Positions 14,215 to 30,633 of a stretch of 64,000 nucleotides of DNA are shown here, in pieces (position 1 is the stretch's first letter; each line of letters opens with the position of its first letter). A program made the translations under genes and the position numbers. Below the pieces are notes generated by a model, which ran no database searches, was not told the origin of the DNA, and saw only the letters and a program-made list of their open reading frames with translations. The DNA is from Octopus vulgaris (Eukaryota). The DNA is taken from assembly GCA_951406725.2 (NCBI GenBank), contig OX597819.1, forward strand, positions 94,922,001-94,986,000, written 5' to 3'.

Positions 14215-14303
14215 ACATTTTCTATTCCTGAGCGTTATACTAATACATCAGTTTGTTTTGTACACCACCTGTCTTCGTCTTTTGTTTTTTTCGTAAACTC
14301 TCC

Positions 14304-14345
<42 letters not shown>

Positions 14346-14892
14346 GTACACAGCTCTATTTGTGTTTGTATTTTGGTTTCATCTCTTAAGTCTTGAACAG
14401 TTTATAAAAAATGTTTAGTTTTGGTTTGAAATTGTTAATTGAAGAGAAGAAGAAAAGGAGGAAAGAGATCTTGTTAGATAGTTTATCAACCATTTTTAGG
14501 CAATATTATTTCATCACCAGATACCTTTTGCTAATAAGCAGCTGATGTGAAGCATGAAGAATAAAGTGTACTGACCAAATCTGCAATGAAATACCTTCAG
14601 TGGATTTGAATTGAAAACTCATGCACTGGTAGTCAAACAGCTTATTCAGTCAAACATTTAATCTCCCTATATATGCGGGTATAAAAAGGACTAAATTCTG
14701 TATGTATGTGTATGTGTGCACATGAATGTATGTGGCAATAAATTTGTATCTATATTTATGTGCATGTAAAGGGAAACAAAATGAATACATACATGGATAT
14801 ATATGCATATAAAAGTGTACATAAATGTATGTTTTTACATGTGCATGTAAGAGTGAATGTAGATGAATATAAATGAAAGTTGTGTGTGTATA

Positions 14893-14938
<46 letters not shown>

Positions 14939-14992
14939 TGCACATTTACATGTGCATATAAATGTGCATGTAGATGAATATAAATGTAAGTT

Positions 14993-15042
<50 letters not shown>

Positions 15043-16688
15043 AAAGTGAGTACAAGAATATATGAATATCTGTGAACACCTGCATTAGTGTGTGTGTGTG
15101 TGCATGCATACATATGTGTGTTGGCATTGTGTTTAGCTATGTCCTCATCATGTGTTTGATTCACTACTAAACTCTCTTTCATGTAGCGTTGAGCAAAGCC
15201 TGTTATTAACCAGGTTGCAAGCTAGATACCATGAGGACTAAATAAAGTAAAATTGTTCAAATAGGAAATTGAACTCTACACAGCATCTGCATTAGATTTC
15301 AGCTAATGATGCCTGAGCTGATAGTCCAGCACCTTTAACTAGACAACCATTTAAACTCTACTTACATGAATGTGTAAATGTGTGTCTACACACATACATA
15401 TATATATATATAATAATTTGAAAGTAATTTCATGAAGATTAGATCATGAAGTGTGGAAATATAATAATATTCACCATGGTAAATGAGAATTATTACATTT
15501 CCAAGATTTTAATTTGCATGCTCAATGGAGCCTTCTTTGAATAGATGTAATTCAAATGAGATCTTTTTTTTATATAAGTGTTCCTTATCTGTAGTACTGT
15601 GCCATTAATTTTTGTATGGGTATGCTCATGGTGGTGAAAGGTCTATAGAAAAGGATGTTTGTGGATGCATATACATGCATATATATCTGCACATGCAGAT
15701 CAACAATAGAGAATATGCATCTAGTCAAGTTCCATTATTCAATCAAAATTGGCTAGAAATAAAATGTAAATATGTTTGCATTTACAAAAAAATTCAGACT
15801 TCTTATTCAAGTTATCGTTTAAACCTTGATTTATTTAAAATAGACTCAAAGGTAGTGGAAGTTATTGAATAGTAACACAATCGAGACCAGCTGCAGTTAT
15901 AAAACCATTATAAAAGATATCATATCCAAATGACTTACTACTAATTTCAAGGAAGATAATACAAAGTATACTTGCAAAAAATAAGAGTTATGCTCCCCCA
16001 AATAAAACTGCAATGGAAAAGCAATTATATAATCTATTAAAGTAAAGTCAAAGTAATAATAGTAGTAGTAATTACATATCCACAAATCATTACATAAGAA
16101 TGACTAAAGGAAGTTTCAAAAGTACTACCCCAATTATGCTTCATCTCTAGGTCTTCTGAGCAATATATGGGAATTGAGAAATAAGAGAATTAACAGTTTT
16201 AATATTATTCTGGATGTAGTAAACCAAAACAAACTATACACAAATGGTTCATTCTAACATTTTCAACCCCTGTGTTTTAGCAAAGTTTTTATTTTATTTT
16301 TATTTTAAATAAACTCAGAAGTTACAATAATTATTTAAATAAAAGGTCTGAAATTTGAACTAAATACAGACATGCTAAAAAATTTCTCTTAGCTAATTTT
16401 CATAAAATGATTGAACCAAACTGATTGCATAATATTCTATTGTTGGTCAGTACCAGTGCACATATATGCATGTACATAAAAACCTGATGCATGACACCAT
16501 CTTCCAATGACATTTTACCATGCCCAAATGAAAATTGCCAACATGGTGCTTCATTCAAATAAAAGAAAACAAAAATCAATTTTGACTAAAACTGCCTTTC
16601 AAAAGAAAACTTTTATTTGAATCACATCCATCTGACAAATGAATTATTTTAACATGACATTTAGTGTCATGAAAATGTATAAAGATTA

Positions 16689-16742
<54 letters not shown>

Positions 16743-16826
16743 CACACAGACACACATGCACATACATATATATAATTTGATGGAATGAAACTCAATGCCC
16801 TTGAAGAACTCCTGTACAATCATCAG

Positions 16827-16887
<61 letters not shown>

Positions 16888-19800
16888 GTATGACTGTACA
16901 TAAATTACATTCAAACAAGAGAGAAAAATAGTAAAGTGCAATAATAAATTTGAGACTGAAACATTTATTATTACAATTGAATTTAACCTTTTAGTTCTTC
17001 GGATAGTAGTGGGTTAACTGTGAACATACATTTATAAACACATAATGTGAAGTACCAAATGAAATGTCACAAAATATTTGAAAAATAATTTTAAAAGTTG
17101 ACTGGTTCTGGAAAATGCTTTGAGAGACCTTTCATATAAAATTATGAATGGTGTGATATAATTATTAAAAATGTAAAAGTGAAAAATATATGATTGCAAC
17201 CACCAATCAAATTTTATGATTATTTTTGAAATATTTTGTGATATTTCATCATATAGAGATGCAATATTACAATGTATATAATTGTATGTTTATTATAACC
17301 TATAACTATTTGAAAAAAAGGGAAAATTCAAGGGTAATAGCAGTGAAGTTTCAGATTTTCAGTTTTAATTAAATACATGTTTACATATCTACACTCACTC
17401 TCAATTATTTATACTATATATATACACATAATATGTGCATGTCTATATATATACGTGTGTATGCATGTGCATATGTATGTATATGTTTGTTGTCTGATTG
17501 TGTATCTGTACATGCATGTATATGTAAATAGTAGTTATTATAATTAATATTTTCTAAGTAAAAGTTTTAATATAAAGGAGAAGAAAATGTAAAAATTAAG
17601 GTCAGACAAGATTAAAGTTCATAGTGTTTTGATAAAGTATTTTTTTTCATTCTGAAAAGCAAAATTTTTACTATACTTTTCTAGATGGACTGGCAGATGA
17701 AGAAAGTGATGATGGTAAGATATACAACATGCTGAAATCTAATGGTTTGTCAGACATGGTTCAAGTCACAAAGGTTTTGGTCATTTGGCGATTTAGAAAA
17801 TGGGGCGACAAAGTGAAATAATACGTTTAAAAAAAATGTTTGGCTCAAGCAATCCTCTGTTTACATATACTATAAAGCTGGTTAACTTTTTCCTTGCACA
17901 AGAAATATTTTCTTGTTAGGCTCGAAGCCAATTTTATGAAAGGGGAAGGGTATAGTCGATTGAATCGACCCCCAGTTTATCACTGGTACTTATTTTATCA
18001 ACCCTAGAAGGATGAAAGGCAAAGTGGACTCTGGTAGGAATTAAACTCAGCACTGTAAAGCACTGCATAGGATACAGCAAACCATTCGACCTGGTACTCT
18101 ACTTGTCACAGACACCAAAACCGGTCTTTTCAAGTAAATACTAAGACTACTAATTAACAAAATGAGAAAAGAATACCCGAAAATATGTATATACATGTGC
18201 TTACATGTATGTATCTATGCTGTTATACATATACATATACACACACATATATATATATATATTTATATATATATATATATACATGTATGTATGTATGTTA
18301 GTATGAAAATTCAAAACAAGCTAGAGGCAACATTTTAACATAATCCTTCATTTGTTCAGTGATAGTGGTAAACTCTTACAGAAATTACTTAAACAGAGCT
18401 GATGAGAACTAAAACTTTTAAGTTTAACTAGTGTAAGTGGTTAATATACTGAAAATACTGAAGTACTGAAAACAAGTAAATACCTGCTAAAAATGCTTAT
18501 CCTTTCTATCAGTTTTGGATTTGTTTTTATCTTCTTCTCATCAGCATCAAATGTATGGGGCAATATAACAGAAGTTATGAAATATGCCATGTTACTTTCT
18601 AATATTTAAAGGAAGTTGGTGACAATTTTTCAGTTTTTAACAAGCACTGTTATCCTTTTCAGGTTCCTTTCTCACCAACATTAGGACGGGTAGATAAAAG
18701 AGAGCAATGTTAAAGGGAAATAAGTGAGTAAACCTAAAGGGAAGTAAGTGAATCTTTAATTCTAACCGATACAACCAGCAGCTGTTAGTAGAGGACAGTA
18801 TTAGAAGAAAATTGAATATGAGAGAAACTGAGGAAATTAGTAACACAAAGAAGATGAAAAGAAATTCCTGAGACAAGAACATATGAAAAAGATACAACAA
18901 ACACTTCTTTATGCTTGTTGAAGTCTTAAAAGATTCGTGTTGCTAAATATTGTACATGCTTGCATGTTTGCAACACATAGTGAGGACTGAATCCTTTTGG
19001 AAGTCCAAAATATAAAGACATTTAATAAATACAGAATTTTACTAAATAATGTTGATAAATACTACAGTCTGGTTTATAGAAGAAAACTACCTAAATTTCA
19101 ATAGCCACTCATTATTAACACTTCATAGAAATCAGAGGGACACCTTGATGCAGCTGTTCAGCCTGCTAGAAATAGCATCCAAATCTTCTTCAAATCATAA
19201 ACATATACACATTGGATAATGTGTCCCTAAATACACTAAGACCATAGAAAAAAAGATAGGATGGTCAATACTGGAACATTTTTGACCACAGGTCTACTTG
19301 GTCAGGACTCCAGGACTCTCTTGGGACTAAACAGTAACAACAATAACTATACTTCTCCATGAAATTTATCTCAGTGAGAGAGCATTTTCCTCTACTCTTT
19401 ACTTGAAACATACAGTTTCTCCAAAACTTCTGAAACAATGGCTTTCAACATTATGTATAGGGACTACATAATGAATCCATGCATTTAGGATGATTATATT
19501 AAGTTAGTAAATTAATGCAATAATATATTTGAAGCTGCAACACAGGAACTAATTGTAGAATACAAAATCGTTTTGGAGCTCACATTTCTAATTTAAAATT
19601 CTAAATTAACCAAGTCATCCATTAGTTGTGAATTAATAACATAACATCACATCAGCAATAAGTGGCATATTTAATGGGATTCCTGTGATGCAGGTCAGAC
19701 TACACCTAGTTAAAAACGACTCAACAATTCCACCTATATGAGGCCATATTATTATTATTATGCAGCTCCTTTTGGTGTATATGTTTAATTTATGTTCATG

Positions 19801-20552
19801 CAATGCAAGTAAAAGTTATAAAGCTGCAGTATTGTTCTATTAAGTTGTTGCTGTGTCCAGATATTTGTTTATATCTCTTGAAAACAGTAGTAAACATGTC
19901 AAGGAGAGGGTGTTATGTAGAACAATGCGGGTTCTAGTAGATCAAAGCATAAGTGATCCATTGGTTCCCTTGCTCTACCTAATACCATTTGTGCTAAAAA
20001 GTTCTGTAAATCTTAAGCAGAAGTTATAATTCAGGATGACCATGTAAAATAAATTTACACAGTCAAGAGTATGTCAATATTTTCTTTGCTTATCATAAAC
20101 ATAAACATTTTGAAAACTATTTCTTTAAAGTGACAGTAGGTTAAATAGAATTTGGACTAAAATATCCTAAATTATCTTGCCCACTCTTAATACTTAAAAG
20201 TGAGAAAAGGTTTTCTTTTCAAATTCCAACATCAAGAAAGGAGAGGACTACAAATAATTTCACTATTTTCTGACTGGTCGAGTCACTATCATCAACTTAG
20301 AATGATTTTGTTCTATAATGGTCCTGACCTTGTATAGACATTAATTGCCAACTTAGAATTGTTTAAATAAATTACTACAGAACCAGTTGGCAGTTCATGG
20401 CAGTTCAATTGAAGAAGAAAGGGTCCATGAAATCTGGATAATTAAACCACTTATCTATTTTGTGTTTGCTAACACCACTTTATTCAGTACTGGGACAAAG
20501 GAGGATCTTTCAAATTCCTTTCGTAGAAAACATGATATAGCCTTAGTGAGTT

Positions 20553-20629
20553 CTACTGTAATTCTTTAACTTGCCTTTCCCTTTCCTTATACTTCTGGCC
20601 TAAGTCTGAAATTTCACTTAAGAGGTTTA
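20553..20629 (-). CDS. NFAT5: NFAT5-like candidate terminal exon (LNLLSEISDLGQKYKERERQVKELQ*)
   Basis: Acceptor preceded by a long T tract (T-run ccttaactgtatccag). Phase-1 entry stays open for 25 codons to TAG. AATAAA lies downstream at 20479-20484 on the minus strand. Confidence 0.6.
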
Positions 20630-21067
20630 CTGGATACAGTTAAGGAAAAAAAAAAAAATCTACACTGAAAGTAGGTTTGCTTGAGCCATTTTAGATCTAA
20701 TGTAATTAGAGCAAGGGACAAAAAGAAAACGTAAGAAAAGAAAATAAACTCAAAACAAAAACCAGCCTATGTCAAGTGCTGTCATGATAAGATTTTATAA
20801 GTTAACTATTACAATAGAAATTGCTGAAACTCTCTTGAAATGATGGTATCACTTATCAATGCGACAACACTCAACAAAGTGCCATCCTTAACACTGTAGC
20901 TGTATAGTTGGGAAGCTAAACAGGCAGATTGAGCACTTTCATGTTGGTAAGCAAGCAAATTATAAAGTGTGTCAAGGAGAATGCATTAATAACAGCATGC
21001 AGAGCAAAGTTTGCGCTGGATGTCTGGAAAAACATTGCTGCACTGCATATACATATGCATATATATG

Positions 21068-21159
<92 letters not shown>

Positions 21160-21677
21160 TACGTACATAAATATATATATCACTTGCAGTCCAGATTCTC
21201 AAATTTTAGCTATAAATACCAACATGAAAACTCAGGAAAAATTTTCGTATGAAATAGATTATAAAAAATATTTATATTCAATACAATAATTATAGTAATG
21301 CCAATCTACATATTTGCAGATATCTTTTATGAAGAACATTTTTATAAATCTAACACTTCATAACTAAAATTCTAAAATTTTGCTTCAATATTGTTTTTTT
21401 TATAAGAGAGCAGAAATCTTTTTAGTCCATTTTTCTTTTTTATAGAAAGCAAACAGAAACAAATAATTTAATTAAGAAACCTAATAATCATTTTTAAAAA
21501 ATAAATTTATATATCATTAAATGTCTAAAAAATTTTAATTAACTAATGAAATTTGGCTTGATTATACAGCTAACCGTCTAACTTTAAGAGGAAATTTCAG
21601 CCACAGTGAGAAGGAGGCTGAAAGACTGGCAATAACTGGGAACACCAACAAAAACATAGAAAAAAGCTTATACTTAC

Positions 21678-21801
21678 AAGGCTGATAGGTAAACTGGCGT
21701 GGCTCACCTCGCTTACCACAGCAACTGACCACCAAGTTCACTTCGACAGGCTTTGTGATATCCAAATTGAAGTACTCCGGGACTATACAGATCAAATGGG
21801 T
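21678..21801 (-). CDS. NFAT5: NFAT5-like IPT exon 2
   Basis: Encodes THLICIVPEYFNLDITKPVEVNLVVSCCGKRGEPRQFTYQP, the end of the NFAT IPT domain. Acceptor ttttacag, donor T|GTAAGT, phase 0 to 1. Confidence 0.93.
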
Positions 21802-22084
21802 CTGTAAAAGGGACACTATCACAGTAAATAATCACTTGAATAACAGAATCAGTTTCAACCCTTTGGATAAATAGCAGTGCATTTTAATTTCATGAAGAAC
21901 AGACAATTATTATGAGAAGTTTCAGCCTATATGTCTAAATTTTTTAAGGGACTTACAAGTGCTGATAAAAATGACAGAAATAATAATAATAATAATGATA
22001 ATTTCTTTATTTCCACCCCGTCCGTGTGTATGTATGTATAGATAAGGACATATACATATATATATATATATACATATATATTTT

Positions 22085-24731
<2,647 letters not shown>

Positions 24732-24866
24732 ACAGTAACAGAAAGGTAGGAATTTTTTGATTATCCGTATGTGGTGAGTTATAATATATAAAAGAAAATT
24801 AAAGAAGGAAAATGCACACACTTTTCATAGTTCTAATATATTTTTTAATATATTCTATATTGTGTT

Positions 24867-24899
24867 TGTTGACTGGTTTCGCTTTTGCTAATCATGACA
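24867..24899 (-). ncRNA. Minimal hammerhead ribozyme with A3-U8 covariant core
   Basis: TGTC-ATGATTA-GC AAAA GC-GAAA-CCAG-TC-AACA. Its two defects (CCAG, AACA) fit G-to-A decay of CpG from CCGG and GACA. Confidence 0.6.
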
Positions 24900-24979
24900 T
24901 TAAAATTATTCTAATTACATATTTTCTAAAGAAACTTTTTTTTGTCCATGTTGTGTGTGGAGTTTATGAATGAATTCCG

Positions 24980-25560
24980 CACATGCTGTGCTTGAGAAGC
25001 CCTGTCGAACCAAGCGAAGTCGTAGTTGTGGCCAATGCCAGTGCCATCTGACTGGCACCCATGCCAGTGGTATGTAAAAAGTACCATTCTAGCATTGGGC
25101 CTCATGAAGGCAGTGATTCAAGCCAAGTGAGATCGTAGTTGTGGCCAATGCCAATGTCATATAACTGGCCCGTTGAAAGCACCCTTCAATAATTGGGCGA
25201 TATGCTGTGCTTGTGAAGACCTGTTGAACCAAGTGAAATTGTATTTGTGGCTGGTGGCATGTAAAAAGCACCATTTGAGCATTGGGCCTCATGGAGGCAG
25301 TGACAAGTGACCGAGCCCTTTGGCAATATACCATGCTTGTGTAGATCTGTCAAGCTAAGTGAGACTGTAGTCATGGCAGATGCCAGTGTCACATAAAAAA
25401 ACATCCACTACACACCTGGAGGGGTTGGCATTAGGAAGGGCATCCATCTGTGGAAACTTTGCCAAATAAGACTGGAACCTGATGCAGCCCCCCGGTTTAC
25501 CAGTTTTCAGTCAAACTGTCCAACCCATCGAAAGCAGATGTTAAATTATGATGATGATAT
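24980..25560 (+). mobile_element. RTE-associated 3' repeat/SINE with internal tandem subrepeats
   Basis: Repeated units of CCAAG.GA..TCGTAGTTGTGGCCAATGCCA, then GGCATTAGGAAGGGCATCCA, GTCCAACCCAT and a (GAT)n tail. Confidence 0.65.
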
Positions 25561-26484
25561 ATATACATACATACACATATATATAAGAGCTTGTTAAAAT
25601 TTGAGATAAATTGATATAAATTATATAAAAACAAAGTCACAAAAAATATAATTAAAAAAACACGAAAAACATTTAGAGTAAATTATCCATACTTATATGT
25701 GAAAACCCTCTAGCTAAGATGGGTTAAAGTATCTCGTGAATCAGCCTACTTGCTATTCAAATTTTCTTCATCATGAACAAGTCTATAAGTAGTTTGGGAG
25801 TGAGTGGGTAGAAAGAGGCTCACATCCTGCTGAAATCTCCAGTACATATACCAATAAACACTTCATATGATTTTCACCAGCAATCTTTTAAGTATCTTCA
25901 ATACTTTGCTCTCATTTCTTCATAAATCAGTACCTTCTTGATTTCATTTTCTCTTGCAGTTTGATTAAAAAGTTCAAGTCTTTTTTAAATGTCCTCAGTA
26001 CTGTGAACTTCATGGTTTCTGATGGAGAGGTGTGTTTCTTAGTTTTGATTTCTTCAATGAGTGAAGTGAACCAACAATTTGCCATCTCTACTTGATCTTC
26101 CTATCCACTTCATTGATGGAGGAGAGAGAACAGGACACAACTGGTTGTGACTGGCAGAGACCCTTAGTATTCTACTTTTGGTTCTTGGAGCTATACTGAA
26201 GGTGCAACTGGTGGTCATTTGGAATCAGCTATTGTTGGTTTTCCTGATTTCATTTCTTAAACTTCTCTAGTTACTCAAGTGGTTATTGCTATATGTATAA
26301 CAACTGGGTTTCAGGCTTTGCACTGTCTGTCTCATGACTATCCTTTCTGCACTCATGATGGTTCACAGCTCCACAACTGCTACATGGTTTTCTGCAGTCA
26401 TTTTCAGTAATATCCTTTAACGGTAATCCTTATATTGCCTCACTCAAGTGTTGTATTATAAGTTTCCAGGCGGGTGCATTGTGC

Positions 26485-26523
<39 letters not shown>

Positions 26524-27899
26524 TATATATATACATTGCCTTACCCTCCATTTTGAATATCATGCATTTTGTTCCATAATGTCCCATCCAGAAATGTGTG
26601 GGAAGCTTCCATTTAGGTAGAATTAAGAAACATTGCGATTTCAACGAGTCTGCAACCTAGGTTCTGTGAATCTGTCTAAGAGCATCTTTGATGTTAGCAA
26701 AACTATACAGTTTATTACATCCTTAAAGTAGTACTCTATAGTTCTTGCTAGACTGTTCAGAGGTTTTTCACCAACCCTCTATCAGTTTGTGATCAGATAT
26801 ACATACTTATCCCCTATTTCTTCCTCAACAAGCATTAACATTTCTCTTGTTTCTTAGCTTCTTCCTTGGCAGATTCATTAGGTCCAGGTTTTCAGTTTGG
26901 AGAGCTATGAAGTCCAAGTTCCCCAGGGAAAGGGACTGGGGCTTTTCATGAGAGACTTCGAATATCCTACTTGTCTTTAGTCTGGGCTTATTCGTTTTTT
27001 GATTCTGGTGGTCTTGCTTCTTTTACTTCCTTGATGGTTTCCCTTACATTTCTTCAGATTCCATCTTCTCACCATAACTGCAAGATGGTAAAGTAGAAAT
27101 GCTGCTTGGAGTCTCTGCAGGAATGAAGTGCCATCTTGCTTCATCTTCAGTGCTAAAATAATAGGCATGCACTCCCTGCTCCTGTTGAGGGAGCATATAT
27201 CCTATCATACATAGATCCATAATTCCCTCCAGCTTCTCTTCCAAGGGTATATGGAATTGTTCTTAATTGTTTTGAAAAACAGATGCAAGGCTAGTAATAG
27301 ATATATTGCTGTTTTTGCTGATGCCTTTGTCGACGTAGTTCAAATCTGTATTTTCACCGCTTTTTCTTTTGTGTTCCTGAAATTGTTGTTGTTTGTGTTT
27401 ATAACAGTCTTTAACTGACATTTTTTTCTGTTTTCTTTTCTTTAATAGGGAGAGGGGAGATTATATTTATTGCTACCACCATTGCATCTAGGATCTCCTC
27501 TTTGTTGCCGCAGTGGAAGCCATACTAAACCACTAGTGAATAAAACAAAATGGATGTTTGCAAAAATAGATATACACAATAAGATATCTAAAAACAAACC
27601 TCCTTTTACAACCCAGGTAATGGAGTGAATGTTTAAATATTCCAATGCTCCTTGTTGTTGAAAAAAGGAAAGAATATGTTTCCATTATGTAATCTGGAAG
27701 AAATCACCTAAATAGAGCTATGTAAAGAAAGATGTCCACAGCAAACAACAACAATAATATTAATTATCTATGATTAGCTGTAAATGTACTGTTAAAGAGT
27801 ACAAAGGCAAGCATAATAGCACCTGTGTATTAAAAGTGAATCGCTAGAATCACCTAAATAATGAATCCCACTTACATTGTATATATATTATACCTTACA

Positions 27900-27954
<55 letters not shown>

Positions 27955-27958
<4 letters not shown>

Positions 27959-29173
27959 GTCATCCCATAAATAATGAATTTTTTTTATACATCTTTTATT
28001 TTTCAAAATTAAGATAAAGTTCTTTTTTAATCTAAAATATACTCTCTTTCATTTTCTACAATGCTCTTCCATCTATCTGATAGATTTGCAAGGCCCCTCT
28101 TCCAAAATTCACTTGTGATGAAAAATATTCCTCCAGTACTATTCTGACCTCATCTACAGAATAAATGATAATCAGATGAATATGGTGGGTGGGGCATCGT
28201 TTCCCATTCAAACTGTTCCACCTTTTGGAATGTCATCCTTGCTGTATGTGGCCAAGCATTATCCCAATGGAAGAACACTTTTCGTCTTGAAACCAAAGAC
28301 AGTTGTTTTTCTTCTAGTGCTGTCTTAACCTGCTCAAGCTGCTCACAATAGATCTCCTTTGTTATTGTTTGGTTTGGATTTAAAAGTTTCTAGTGGACTA
28401 AACCTTTCATATCCCACCAATCAGATAACAACACCTAATGTAGGTGAAGACCTTCTTTAGCCTGGGGTGCAGGTATTTCTCCTTTCCCTACCCACTGTCT
28501 TTGGTGCTTGACATTTTTATAGAGAACTCATTTCTCATCACCAGTCACTATTTGGTCCAAAAAAGGTTCATTTGTGAGAGGTGACAACAAAGAAGAGCAC
28601 ACATTTACTCTTTGAGTGATTAGACTCAGAAAGTTTGTGAGGAACCCATTGACCCAATTTGCTGACACTTCCAATAGCATGCAGGTGTCGATGAATGGTT
28701 GAATGACTAAATCCAAGCTTCTCTGCTAGTTCAACAGTTAAAATGGGATTTTGTTCTACCAGGGTTTGCAGGACATCATTGTCAAGCTCTACAGATCTTC
28801 CAGGGCAAGGCTCATCTTCTAGGCTGTTGTTTCTGGCTTGAAATTTCTGGAACCACTGTTGACACTGGCTTACATTTATTGTCTGATCTCCATATACTGC
28901 ATTAATATTCCTTGCATTTTCTGTTGTGTTGTTGCCTTTATTGAACTCATAAAGCAAAATGTGCCGAATATGCTCTATTGTTATTTCCATTATAGCTTTG
29001 AAAAAATAACTTTTAAAATCGAACTGCAATCTCCAAAACTTACACTAAGAATAAGGACAAGATAAAATTAGTACCTGTTTTTATAGCAAGTTGATGCAGG
29101 TAGTTTATCCCACCCTCTTCCAACTTTTAGTTCATTCAATTGAAAATACTGCATTATTTATGAGATGACCCAA
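27955..29173 (-). mobile_element. Near full-length defective mariner transposon
   Basis: TIRs TTGGGTCATCCCATAAATAATG / CATTATTTATGAGATGACCCAA with TA TSD. Encodes HIRHILLYEF...WFQKF...WVPHKL, IVTGDEK, DNA.PH and PPYS..DYHLF, with frameshifts and stops. Confidence 0.93.
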
Positions 29174-29214
29174 TATATATATATATACAGACATTATCAG
29201 ACTAAAACTATCTG

Positions 29215-29252
<38 letters not shown>

Positions 29253-29275
29253 CATTATCAGACTAAAACTATCTG

Positions 29276-29333
<58 letters not shown>

Positions 29334-30442
29334 AACATCATCAGACTAAAACTGTCTGCTCCAATAACAATGCTACTGAACAAGAAATACACCATCTCAA
29401 AAAGTGGCATTGTAGAAATATAAATACCTACTGCAAAACCTAACAACTGTATTCAACCAAACTGTTATGGTGAAGGTAAAACCAAACCCCATTGTGATCC
29501 TGCCCTATTGCAAGGGCCAAGGTGAGAAGATGCTATCCTTCCTAATCTGACGATGTTATATAAAAAAAGTCAGGATGAGTAGACTATGTATTGTATGAAA
29601 GTGGAATTCACATACCACTATGGCTAACATTTTCATTATAAACAAAAATTCACAAAGGAAATTACATGAAGATAAAAGAAGACAATGTGTGTGTATGCAT
29701 GTGTGCATGCATACATGCATACATACGTACATACATACTTCCATGCATGTATGTATGTATACATGCATAAACACACATTCTGTCTCCTTTAAAAACAATT
29801 ATATAACTAATTCTTGTCCAATAAAATATAAAATAATATAAATGTTTAATTTTAAAGTTCCTTATGCAAGGCACATCAGCTACAGCTGATCATCTAGTTA
29901 ATGGGTTGGGCTAACTTCTCTGTCCATGGAATTGCAGTGTGTTTATAGTCAAGATACTTAGCTGCAAAGAGGGAATATGGTAGCATTTATCATTGTAAAC
30001 AATTGGAGCACAAATTTCTTTAGATTGCAGTACTTATTAAAATCTTTACACGAGTGTTTCAAAATGGGTTCTTTAGGATCAAAATACTAATAAATAGGAC
30101 ATCACTTTAGATATATAAAAATGTTCTGGAAATGAGAATGGTGTTTCATCTTCTAAGAACTTACATTACATGTTGGAAATCCTTTTCATAAAGAGAACCA
30201 AAAGGAAAAAGAATAAAATTAAAAACAAAAATTATAATCAGTTGTCATTATTATTCTTAATACTATTTCCAATACCAAAAATTAATTCTATATAGATTAT
30301 AAATTCTATTATCAAGACATATAGGTAAAATAGTAAAACAAATAAAAAGTTAAGCATATGTTATTCAGAATGAAAAATTATTATATTAAAAGTCAAAAAT
30401 TAAAACTTGAAGATAAATATATAATTGAAATTAGAAACTTAC

Positions 30443-30633
30443 AGGTTGAAAATAATCTTTCTCTATTTCTGCCTCTTTCTCCCATATGACTTTGCTTTCA
30501 TCGACTGTTTCACGAAAGTAAACCTTGGTTCCTTTCATAAAATTCTTCCCAATTATAAACAAGTCTTTTCCACCTTTCACAGTGCATGATGTTAAACTCA
30601 GTCGTGACACTTCAGGCTGTCCAACTGGTTGGG
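30443..30633 (-). CDS. NFAT5: NFAT5-like IPT (RHD-C) exon 1
   Basis: Encodes TQPVGQPEVSRLSLTSCTVKGGKDLFIIGKNFMKGTKVYF...WEKEAEIEKDYFQP. Acceptor acttcag, donor CCT|GTAAGT, phase 1 to 0. Confidence 0.95.

Noticed and set aside
12431-15620. Further plus-strand exon candidates (12431-12507 and about 15594-15619)
   Set aside because: Phases do not chain unambiguously and the peptides are unrecognisable.
18395-18430. Other CTGANGA hits (18399, 33721, 39650, 41818, 42591, 60172)
   Set aside because: No properly placed GAAA with paired stems; such hits are expected by chance in AT-rich DNA.
18484-18600. Open minus-strand segment with AG/GT ends as a further NFAT5 exon
   Set aside because: Joining it to the phase-1 donor at 21677 creates TAA immediately, and the acceptor is weak.
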